In this document: positions 41,301 through 53,164 of the stretch, in pieces | How the letters are laid out: every line of letters begins with the position of its first letter | How positions within the stretch are numbered: the first letter of the stretch is position 1 | Source: Dimorphilus gyrociliatus | Taxonomy: Eukaryota > Animalia > Annelida | Direction of reading: 5' to 3' | DNA length: 64,000 nucleotides | Assembly: GCA_904063045.1 (NCBI GenBank) | Contig: CAJFCJ010000033.1 | Coordinates: forward strand, 1 to 64,000 | The notes under the pieces: model-generated | Told to the model about the DNA's origin: nothing | Database searches by the model: none | What the model saw: only the letters and a program-made list of their open reading frames with translations | Translations under genes and position numbers: made by a program

Positions 41301-44300
41301 ATCAGCTTTGCAAGTTATTTCCTTTTCACCATCTGTTTGATTGTAACCTTCCAAACATTCGTATTGAATCTTTGAACCGTAATCGTACTGCGAACCGTAC
41401 TTTTTGGCATTCTTAGAACTACTCGGTTCTCCGCATTTGACCTTTTCGCACACAGGAGGTGGTCTAGTCCATTTCTGATTTGCCTGACAGATTAAATAAA
41501 CAACTTTCCCATCTATTGATGTATAACCTTCGTGGCAAACGTATTTAATTTTGTCCATAAATTTTGTCGAATTGAAAAATAAATCAGCATTGTTAATACT
41601 GGCCGGAACAGAGCAGTTAACTCTTTCGCAAAATGGCTTTTTACCTCTCCAAGCAGTAGTTTTTTCGCAGTAAAGCGACGCCATTCCAATTAACGAATAA
41701 CCTTCGCCACACGTATATGTAACTGTTTCCTCAATTAGATATCCGCCATCTTTTATCGCGTTTGTAACATTTCCAGGATCTCTACAAGTCTTTTTGGTAC
41801 AAGTAGGTAGTTCACCTTTCCATTGTCCTTGATGATCACACCAAATAACAGCAGAGCCAGATTTTAGCTTATACCCTTCGTCGCAAATGTAAACAACCTT
41901 ATCTTTATAATAAAACGACGTTTCGTTGAAGGATGCCATATGGACCGTTGCAGGTGGACCACAAAACGATCTTTTGCACATTGGTACACTTCCACTCCAT
42001 ACCAGCTTATCATTTACTAATTGGCATTGTCGTTTACCGTAATTATCTTTCAATGAAAATCCAAGGTCGCAAGTATATTCGATAGTTTCATTTATAACGA
42101 AACTTCCCTTTCTTATTGAATTTTCAACTGTCTCTGGTTCATTACAGGAGTCGGGAAGGCATAATTGGTCAACAAAACTCCATTTTCCATTGCTTAAGCA
42201 CATCATATTGACCCAACCTGTGACGTTTATAAATCCAGGATCGCACGTATGCGATAGGATATCTTGATATAAATAAGTTCCACTAAAACGTGTTCCGTTA
42301 ATAAAACTCTGTGGGGGAGGACCGCAACTTCTCTTGGTACATTTCAAAGGCGTTCCCAACCATTTTCCATCAATGGTACACTCCATAGTCTCATTTCCAC
42401 TTTTTGGCACATATCCAGTTGAACATTCCCAATTAACTATCTTTGATAGATTAAAGTTATCCCAGTGAACTACGGATTTTTCTCCACTTCCGGGGGCTCC
42501 ACATTTGTTGTCAACGCAAATAGGTTCGGTACCATTCCAGGAACCAGAATTTGTACAAAATCTTACAGCTGAACCTTGAGTTAAATTGTAGCCTCGTATA
42601 CATTCGTAAGAAACTCGCTGTCCAATCTTATTACCTTCCACTATTGATGTCGTCAATGCGACAGATTGAAGAGGTTCACAATGACTCCTATAACATGTTG
42701 GATGATGACTCCAGGTGTCATTTGGTAGGCATGTAGACGTATTTGAATCAGGAGAATAATATTCTACGCAAGTGTAAATAGCCTTGGCACCTAAGCTATG
42801 ACTCGGGTGTTGGATGGTTGCTTGTGATGTTGAGGGGGGTTGACCACAATCTACAAGGTGACAAATAGGTGTATTTCCACTCCACGAACCGTTCTCTTGG
42901 CAAGTTCGATTATCATCTCCGTTTCTTATAACTCTACCAACGTTACATGTATATTTTACTTGCATACCAATCAAGAAAGGACCACTATTAACGGATCTAG
43001 TTGATTCCAGAACCGCTGGCGGTTCTGGACAGGAAACTCTTTTACAAAATGGTAAAGTCGACCAGCTTGCATTAATTAAACAAGTTGTATGGCTGTTATT
43101 GACAAATCGGAAGTGATCGTTGCAACTATAGTTAAGGACGGACTGATAGTAAGTTTGCATATTTGTTAATAGTTGAGAATTTTGAATGGTCGGAGGAGAT
43201 CCACAATCGATATCTACAATATTATTTAGAGATCATTAATGGATCAATAAATGATTAAATAGAGGAAAAACAAAGAAAGTAATAATCGTTTTTACATTTA
43301 CAAAACGGCGCTTCTTCAGACCAAGAGCCATTCTGTAGGCAGAACCTCTCTAAACTTCCGTTCAGGTGTATATGACCAGGATTACACGTATAAGAAACGT
43401 TCGAATCAATTGTAAAATTATTGCTGACAATAATGGTTGAATTTACAACTGGTGGAGGTTTTGTGCATTTTACCCCTAAAAACAATGAATATAAATAGAG
43501 TTAAAACTCTTAAAAAGAAATTAATAATTCTTTTGTTTTTACTTTTGCAAAATGGCGGAGTTGTCCAATTTCCATTTTTTTGACAAGTAACATTTGGACT
43601 ACCCTGCATAGAAAATTCGGGATCGCATTGATAAGTTACTGTTGAGTTTATAGTTGTGGTAATGGTCGTTTCAACGTATTGAGAACCGGCAACATATGGA
43701 GGAGTAAAACAATCAATAAGTTGACAATCGGTAACGGTCTGCGGAGACCAGTCTCTCTGTCCCTTATGATAGGAACATGTAAAAGTGATATTTTCTTCCC
43801 TATTGAATCCTTCGTACTCGTCGTTACATTTATACTGAATGACGCTCAAATATCCAACGCCATTACTAAAAACTAGTGTTGAATTCATCTTTTGGGCTGG
43901 TGGAGTTGGGCATTCGAAGTCTAAAGGAAAAAGAAATAAACCATTGACAATAAATCGTTCTATAAAGGTATAAAAAGAAAAAAAAACAAACATTCGCAAG
44001 CAACAAAAGCTGGTTTTGAGCATTTGTGAGGTAAGTAAGAGAGAAGACTGTTCATTTCTTCGATAACTACACAGTCCGATTGATTACCATTTGATAGGAT
44101 AATAGAATCTTCCTTCGGATGGAAAATATATTCAGAGTCTTCGGATGATTTTTTGAAGGCACTCGTTAAACTATAATAACATACACATACGTTTTTAGTT
44201 ATTGTCTATCTATAATGATATCATAGTATAATGATTACATTTGTGAATTATTATTCTTTCCTTTATTGTTCAAGTAATCAATCATTTTCAAGCCTAAAAA

Positions 44301-47300
44301 ATCGCTTATATTCTTAGAGATAATTTCGGCGTTGAGTTTGTTACAATACTCTTCGGCAGTAGTATAATTATCAAAGAGCAAATTATCAAATTGTGATATA
44401 TAAAGGCATCTTTGTGGATTTTCGGTCATTTGAAATTTTTCCGGGCAAGTTGCTGTAAAAATCAATCGCAATTTGTAATAATTTTCAATATAGAACACAA
44501 AAATTTAGTTGTACCGTTGCAATTTCTATAATTATTGCTCCAATTTCCGGTTTTGGTACATCGGATATGAGCGGTTGATTTTTTTAGAAAAAGACCTCCA
44601 GTGAAGGTAGGACCTACAAAAGTTCTACCCGTACAATTTAACCGTGCCCAACTCTTGTAAGGTTGAGATGCTTCAGCCGGTACTGAATAGATCCAAGTTC
44701 CGTTTACAACTTCTTCTAAATCTTTCTGACAAGAAATAGTTTCGCTACAAGTTGGGCCAGTATACGAGGGAGCACAGTAGCATCTGAATTCGTCTGTACC
44801 ATTATTTCTATTCAAAGGTACGCAAGTTCCTCCGTTCACGCACGAATTTTGTCCACAAATGGGTTCCGCTTCTATATCTGTTCATATTACCAACAAAGAA
44901 ACATTAAAGAGAGGTGGAGGATGAGAGTAACAATCAATTAGAATTTTATGATTACCTTTAAAACATCTCAACTCTCTAAATTCTATTTCAACCGATTGGT
45001 TTTGTTTTCTAACTGTTACTGGAACTCGATCAATTCCTAAGAGAAGTCCAACATTATCTTTGTAGTTCTGCGATGAACAATCAAACTTATGCGGCCCTGA
45101 ATAGAGTAAAACAAAGTGTAAACTTTTCGTATCCGTCTAAAAAAAAATTTATCAAACCTGGTACGTCACAAATATTTTCGGTAACGAAATCGTCTAAGAA
45201 ATAGCCCTCGCTCGCATTTAAACCCTCCAAATATACAGATGAAAAATCTAACCAACCAAATTCAAGCTTAACGTTCAATTCTTGTTCACAATAGGAGCTT
45301 AACGATTTTAGGTTATTAAGTTCTGGAAAGCCAATGCTGTAACACATGAATTGTAAACAAAAACGCAATTAACGTATGTGTATTTTACTTATAAGTTATA
45401 TTTGTGTCATTCTTGGAGTTATGAAGTATCTGTACAATTGTTATGGCAATTTGATTTGTAAAATTGCAGAATACTTGGAAGGGGTGTAACGGTCCGTCTG
45501 GACCATCCAAATCAATTTTCATATAGCCGCTGATATTTAATCCGTTGTCGGCGTATTCTTGGCATGTTCTGTTATAAAAGTTTGCTAGAAGACAAAAGAA
45601 GCAAATTAACGTTTATTAGAGAAAGAGAGAGAGAGAGAGACAGATACGAGTTTATTTTTACTATACTGACCATCGCAATCTGCCGCAGATCCGTCCCATT
45701 TCCAACCCTGTAGATCGCACTTTTCATTGAAGACTTTTTCTGCTTCGTACGACCCATGATAACCTGGCTTACAAACGTATTCAGCTGTATCACCAAGATA
45801 GACACTACCGGAGGTAATGGTTCTATTGCCATGGGGAATATAGGGAAAATTTGTACATTCGTGAAGAGTACAATTTTCAGGTTCTGCCTTCCAAACACCT
45901 TCTTCCAAACACTCAAAAGTTTGCTCTATCGTCTCTCTTTTGATGGAGTGCTTAATGTCACACTGAACTGTTTTCTTTCCGTTAACAAACATATGTTCAG
46001 GTTTAAAGTCAGACAAGTTAACATTCTGCAAATTCCCTAAACTAGGGCATCTTTGAGCTTGACATAGGAAGGGGGCTAAACTATTACAGTCCGCTACATA
46101 CCATTCTAAAGGATTGGAATCATTGCATAAAGATGCATGGACACATTTATCCGATGGAAGATTATTGTTAAACGAGTCAACCCAATAGATATTTGATTCG
46201 TTTCTAAAGGGAACTCTATTAGACCATTCAAGACTTCCGCTTGAATTTTTCAATCCAATTAGTGTAGAGGTTGGACCAAAATCATACTTATTTCTCAGGT
46301 GCAAAGCCAAATCGATTGATTGTAAGTCACTTAGGTAAGAATCGAGCTTTTTGCATATGAATTCGGCTTCTTCTTCGGTTCCAACGATATTCGACGATTG
46401 AGAAGACCAATAGCAACTTTCATTGTAGGCAAAAAAGTCCTCCGGACACCAAACTGTTTTAAAATTTAATAAAATATAGAAAAATAAAGATAAAATGGAA
46501 GACGATGATGAGGAAGAAGAATCGTCTAATGATTGACTATATTTTATTCTTTAATCGATAAAATTCTATTACAGATAGTCTTGCGTCATTCCGTTAGTTT
46601 GTTATGATATTTAATCCCTTACGTTGGTGTGAACATCATTAAATTCGATATATCGGAAGGATTGAAAGATAGAAAGATCTGGGTCATTGATCAATTATTA
46701 ACGACTCTACATATTCATTGTTAAACTTCATTTTTCCCTGTGTCATCGTTACAAGTTGAAAAAGTTATTGCTAACTTTTCGCATACATCAGCTAAACGTT
46801 ATTATTATTGAATTATAGACTTATCTCTAAGCTTTTGGGGAAATATATATAAGCTTATTATAAACTGTTACTTACAAGAACAGGTCATTATTTCATCTGT
46901 AGACCAATTACCATTCATCATACAATATCTATCATGCCTTAAATATTTCTCATTTAAAAGGTATCCTTCGACTGTACAATTCAATTGAAGAACTGCCCCA
47001 TAGATTGCCATTCCATCAACTGCTTCAATCGAAGAGCCAACAAGTGGACCTTCCACGTAAAGTGGACATTCAATTGCTAATTAAAATAATGTTTTTTGTT
47101 TTAATAGATTGGCTTATAGTATAAATGATGAAATAATTCACTTACGCTGACAAGTAGATCCACCGTAACCAGGTTTACATATGCAACTATTAGAAACTGG
47201 ATCATAAATGTTATTATTACAGTTTTTAACACTGATATTATTTGAGGGTAAAATACACTTCAGTTGACCCATTTGAAAATTATATCTAATATAATTCTTA

Positions 47301-48633
47301 GCAACTATATCAACAATAGGAAGTTTATCTTTATTGATAATCCTACCAAAATCCTTTGTATATTCTCTTGTACGATTATCACAGTTACAAGGATATAAAG
47401 GATGCGGATTCTTACACATTTTATCAGTGTCCAAAGCCCAACTGGTATCTTTTTTAATGCTTCCATCCTCTTGGATATATGACCATCTTATTTGATTAGT
47501 TATATAATTAGTTTTGTCACAGCCAATGTGTACATCAACAGAACAGAATGATGAATTTACAACAAGCTCTCTATTGTTTTAAATTGGAAAAAAAGAAACA
47601 TTAATATTATTATTATTATTGAACATTCCAATAGATAAAAGTCTTACTTAATGTATTTTATATTAATATTATTTCCATAAGTGAAGGAGTATATTCTGCA
47701 GTGATTCTCCTCTGGACAATCGGTCTCGGAAGAAGTGATATTAATGTGTACGACTGATTGTGTAGAAGATGTATTACAGTATCCATCAATAGTATTACCA
47801 TCGCTAGTTACTAAAGAAACCGGACCTTCAGAATCGCATCCTTGAACTAAAGAGTTTTGTTGAAAAGAAAAGAAAATAATTAATATGTTAATAAAAAAAA
47901 AGCATACACATCAATAGAATAGATTTATTAAATAAATATGAAAAGATAAGATGATTTAGTAAATTTATTAATTTTTAAATTCACCAACAAGAGTAGGATG
48001 AATAAAGGAGAAGAACAAATATTTGATAATTCTTTATTAAATTCGTCAAAGTAATTTCTTTTATGATTATCTTAGTCTTAGATAACACTAATTGATTCTT
48101 CTATGAATTCTTTTAGGATATTTATTATTATTAATACTATAACCAGAATTCAAGTTTGATCTACCACAGGAAATGAGTCTTTTTATAAACTCTGTATATA
48201 TCATAGAAGAAGAAGAAAAAGAATTGATTGACTATTTTTCTTCAGTTCTTGTACATATTGTTTTATAGAGAAAATATTGGAAAAGGATAAGTTATTCACC
48301 TCCTCTCTTTTTTTCCAGTTTTTTTGAAATATATTGATTGACAAACTTCTATTCTATCATTGAAGAGCAAATTACCTCTCCCGCTTTTAGAGTGTATAGT
48401 ACATCGCTATTTTTAAAACAGGAGTAGTAAGATAGCTAATATAAAACGCATACAATTATTATATTGTACAAGGCGAGAGGGAAATGGATACAGGAGAATT
48501 CAATCCACTCTTCCAATATCTACTCATAGAAGAGTTTTTAAGAGAAAGAAAACAGTTGTATCTTACCTTTTGAATCAGTTGCTAAACAAATGAAAAAGAT
48601 AAAAAACGTTTGGTGAGAGGACAATATGAGCAT
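38368..48633 (-). CDS. Giant sushi/CCP-repeat type I membrane receptor 2 (tandem paralogue of receptor 1)
   Basis: Signal exon 48633-48567 (MLILSSHQTFFIFFICLATDSK). Same domain order as receptor 1, a single ~3.7-kb sushi exon (ORF 39462-43160) and a homologous TM/tail exon ending in TAA at 38368. Confidence 0.9.
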
Positions 48634-49270
48634 TTTCTTCAACGACGTCCAGCGATTTAAAGAAAAAAGTCTTGCAGGCTTGAACAAAGTCATGAATTAG
48701 TAATGACGTCTTTACATTGTTTGTAATCGATAGTCTGTTCAAATTCTACTACAGATAATCGGACGATGCTAGTCGTTGAGTTTTTACTTAGCAATTGAAG
48801 AAAAAGAATTGATACGATAGAACTACAGTTCTATTGTTGTAATTAATATATTTTCCTTGAGAGAGAGTTCTCTCCCAAGATTTTACTCTTTGAAAAACAC
48901 TTGTAAATAATTGTTGTCGTTAGGAGAAATAATTAAACTTATTGATAAATTAATTGATTAACCCTTGATTAATTGATTTTATCTTATTTTGAAACATTAT
49001 CGCCTAAGGCGATAAACCTAAAGTGATAAACAGGTTTTTGGAGAATGTAAGTAAAATACAATATTTCCGGTTGTTGAATATGAAATTGACTCTTCTGGAC
49101 ACAATTCCTAACATTTTGAAGAGATAGATACATTAAATTCATTTTGCTTTTCAATACGTCGTTTACGTAAATAAGCAGCAAATATAATATTACTCACTCA
49201 AGAGTATAATAAACTCAAATTTTTTTGAGTGATGTGATCATTCATATTGGTGAAGCAGCCAGGAGGAATC

Positions 49271-51235
49271 ATGACAGTAAAATTCAACAAAAGAAACTTG
49301 AAATTCTTACTGCTAACCAGTATTGTTCTAACTCTTCTAATTTTGCTGTCATTAGACAATTGTGAAAGGATTAAAAATATTGTAAATAGGAGAAAAATTA
49401 AAGACTGTCCGCTAAAACGGCAAATATCACCACTGACTTTTATGCCGTTAAGAAGACAAATTGAACACGAAAGAAATTTGTGGAGTAAATTAGACGCTAA
49501 TAATTGGCCACCGGAACGCTTCTTTTCAAATGTTAACCTAACGGAGGAAGATGACGGCGAACAAACTGTAAAATTAATAAATTTCAACAAAAAATGGCCG
49601 CTGCCGTTATCCCCTGTAGAGTCTGGAGGAAGGTATATATTGTACGATTGCCATAAACAAGGTTGTGGTGGATGGGGTAATAGACTAATGGGTATACTAA
49701 GTGCATATTTTCTAGCAATTATGACGGATAGGTATTTAAGATGATTTAATATTTAATACTAACCATAGTGAAGATGATAAACGAAAAAAAAAACATCCCT
49801 TCTCTTAATCTTACCACAATTTCTGCCTTCTAAGCATTGTACGAATATTAATTTATTATTAATCATTTACACTACTCAATCCTCTTTCTTTCTGTCTTCT
49901 TCATCCTTGACGTGTTTTCTTCTCATCTTCTTCTCATTTATCAAAAATATTTTTATTCGAAATAGGTGAATAATTATTAATTATTAATTATTAATTCATC
50001 TTAAAATCAATGAAAAATACACTTAATTTGGAAGATCGCTCATTATTCGAATAACGAAACCGTGTAGTATAACGAAATTTCTAAAGCCGAGAATGGTCGA
50101 TTGGTACGTAGAAGAAGACGATTTTGAATTAGATACTAAGAAATCATTTACTCTTCCAATTCCGAGGAGGTTATCAGTTGGCGTTCTTAAAAAATTAATC
50201 GATGCCTTAATGAATAGGAAACAAAAGATTGTCTCTTATACAGTTGCCGTACCAGCCTACGTGATGATGTTTGCCAAACAAAAGAGTATAAGAGAATTAC
50301 TATTAAAGAAAGGATTTACTGAAGAAGAGCTTTCAGAGTTAAACTATTTTCAAATACCAACAAAAGTTTGTAATGGAAAAAAAAGAAAGAAACAAACAAA
50401 AAAACAAACAAACAAATCAACGAATTATTTAATTATATATTTCTTTAGCTTTCTTTATTTGTAATGCTTTGTTTCTTTAATTTTTTTTCCAGTATAACGT
50501 TTATGATATACTCTTTAAGCTACAACCAGAATTACAAGCAAAAAAGGATGAAATTCTGTCTGCAGTTTGTAAACGAAAATTAATATGCGCTCATCTTAGA
50601 ACTGGAGCATTGGAAAATCCAAATAGTTATATGGTAAAAGTTGTTAGAGCAAAGGAAATGATATATAAATTTCTCGAAAGGCAATTGGAGAGGAGGGAAT
50701 TCGAACACGCTAAAGTGTTTATCGCCTCCGATTCGAAAGAAATTGAAACTGATTATAAAAGAAGATTCGGTAAGAAGGCTCTAATTGTTCGAGGATCTAT
50801 CGTTCACGTAGAGAGGTGGAAAGATAAATCTGTTGATAAAAATACAGCTTGCGACGGTAAGGGGAGAGTGTTGGAAAATTGATAAATGTCTATGTTTAAT
50901 AGAACTACTTTTAAAGATTATAAATTTTAATGAATATGCATAATTGTTTTTCCATAGGCTTTGCGAAGGTAATACTCGATTGGGAGATTTTAGGAGAATG
51001 TAATCTGTTAGTTAGTCTACCTGGTCGAACTTTTGCGGCTACATCGATTATGAGGAACATACACAGAAAAGAAATATACACTCTATCGTTCAGCGCCGAC
51101 GAACCTTTTATAGCTCCGATGGTATCTTTTCAAAGGCCTCATTTGAGAAAGCTGAGGAAAGAGATTGAAGGCATATCGTATATAAATTGTAATCTAACAA
51201 CGAAAGTTCTAGATTATAGTACTTGCTATCGATAG
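49271..51235 (+). CDS. Golgi type II membrane fucosyltransferase-like protein (FUT8/NodZ/POFUT GT-B superfamily)
   Basis: Exons 49271-49731, 50035-50365, 50493-50856, 50958-51235. N-terminal TM, CGGWGNRL, motif I ICAHLRTG, motif II VFIASDS, motif III ILDWEILGEC. Confidence 0.85.
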
Positions 51236-52102
51236 ATATACTGTTAAGTTTTTGTATGAAAAATCATCATAAGTAAGACGATAATGGTTGATTATTTACC
51301 AAGTTTACCATTTTCTTTTCAAGTTGCTTATCGTATAAAAATGTTAACGTATTTTTTATACAAATACTTCAATAAATACCCTTATAAACCTCTATATTTA
51401 TTATACTTGATATAGTTCTTAAACTATTGTGTTCTAATGAGCTTCCCTTATCAGTTATCTATCAACCAGGCAATGCTTTAGTTTAATTCATTTTTTTAAA
51501 CAAACAGCTGGCAAACGATTCTCCTAACAAGCTACACAAATAAATAAACTTTACTACAACGAAGATAAAGTCTTTTTATATTGATTCAATCATTGATTAT
51601 AGCCTAGAAAGTTCCCTTATTGAAAACAACCGATATTGAAGGAGAGAGAGAGAGAGAGAACGATGTTCTAAGAGTTGCTGATAAAGTAGATTGGTGGAAA
51701 GGGTTGTACACGAATTAAAGCTATTAATTTATTAATAATCATTTAACCTGTTCAATTCTTTTCCTGATAAAGGAAAACAGAATGGATATTTCTAGCAGAC
51801 ACAAATCTATTAACTATTGAGTGTTTTTTTACTCATCGATCCTGTCAAATGACTCCCGAGATTAAACTCTTGCTTATTTTCATTAGATAAAAATATCAGT
51901 TGAAAGATTTTTTTCCATTTTTCATGAATAGGCGTTTAAATGTTTGGAAACGCTCTTCAAAATTAATGAGAAAAGAAATAACGATTGGGAAAGGGAAATT
52001 TCTCTGAACTCTGGTTGTGGAAAGGATTTTTGACGAGATAGAGCTGTACTTTTACAGAAATCACACCAGATTTCACCTTTCATCATCTTTATGATTAATC
52101 GG

Positions 52103-52246
52103 GGTTTGAGAGAGTTGGTTTTGATTGCAAAATTCTATCAGAATACAATTTACGTGGGGCGAGACATTTGAAGAGAGAAATATACAATATCATTACCATA
52201 GAGTTGATGAGCCATTTGCAGCTCCATCGGCTTCTTTCCAGTCACG
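52103..52246 (+). pseudogene. Decayed fucosyltransferase paralogue (last-exon remnant; weaker traces back to about 51480)
   Basis: GLRELV-DCKILSEYNL...REIY..../VDEPFAAPSASFQ aligns to GFAKVILDWEILGECNL...KEIY...ADEPFIAPMVSFQ of the upstream gene, with frameshifts. Confidence 0.65.
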
Positions 52247-53022
52247 TTTATGTATGCTTGTCTCTCATTTATAATATTTACGTTTATCAGTTAATCTTTA
52301 GATTGTGACACATCGATTGTTAGAGTGTATTAATTGTCTCTTAAAGACGAAAATACGCTTTACATAACAATTAGTGTTTTAGATCGTGTTTGTTTGTTTG
52401 TTTGTTTATTTGTCTGTCCCTAATAGATATGTTTTGAACTTCATCACTACACATTGTGCCAAAAAACATTAAGACATAAGGAATTGTAACACAAAATTTA
52501 TCATATTTCTTTAAATATTTACAGTTAATTAATTATATGATGCGAAGCCTTCGTTGCATTTAAGATTTGTTTGCAAGACGATTGGCTATGGCTATATTCT
52601 CAACAATTTTAATTGTCTGCATCTTGCTGTATGACCTTACTGGAGAAAAAAATGTAAAATCTGCAAATTTTTGATAAAAAGAAAAGCAAAGAAATATAAG
52701 AGCTGTTGTTGTTATTAATGTCTTAAAGATTTTTGAGAAAGAGAGGGAAGGAAAGAAGGAATGAATGAAAAAGAGAGAGAGAGAGAGAGAGAGAGAAAGC
52801 AAAACAACTAAAAAGAGAAAGAAATATGAGAAGTAAGGAAAAAAAAACAACTTTGTTATCTAACGGTATTGAAATACATATAGTGTCAAATAGAGGAAGT
52901 ATATCATTTTCCTCCTATCTGATAGAAGAGCATGGTAAAATTTTTCATGAATAAAAAATATTCATGTACTTGTAAAGGAAGACTCTAATTTCAATATAAC
53001 ATTAGAAATAACGAAAGAATGA

Positions 53023-53053
<31 letters not shown>

Positions 53054-53164
53054 ATCGTTCTTTCCTCCTTTCAACCTTTCTTTCTTTCTTTAAAATATAG
53101 CTGAAGGTAATGCCGTAATTGAGGTGGATAAATTTTAAATGATTATTAAATTAGCAAATGCACA

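Noticed and set aside
46460-46870. Possible extra exon in the 410-nt intron of receptor 2
   Set aside because: All frames hit stops, and the flanking exons join directly in phase as in receptor 1.
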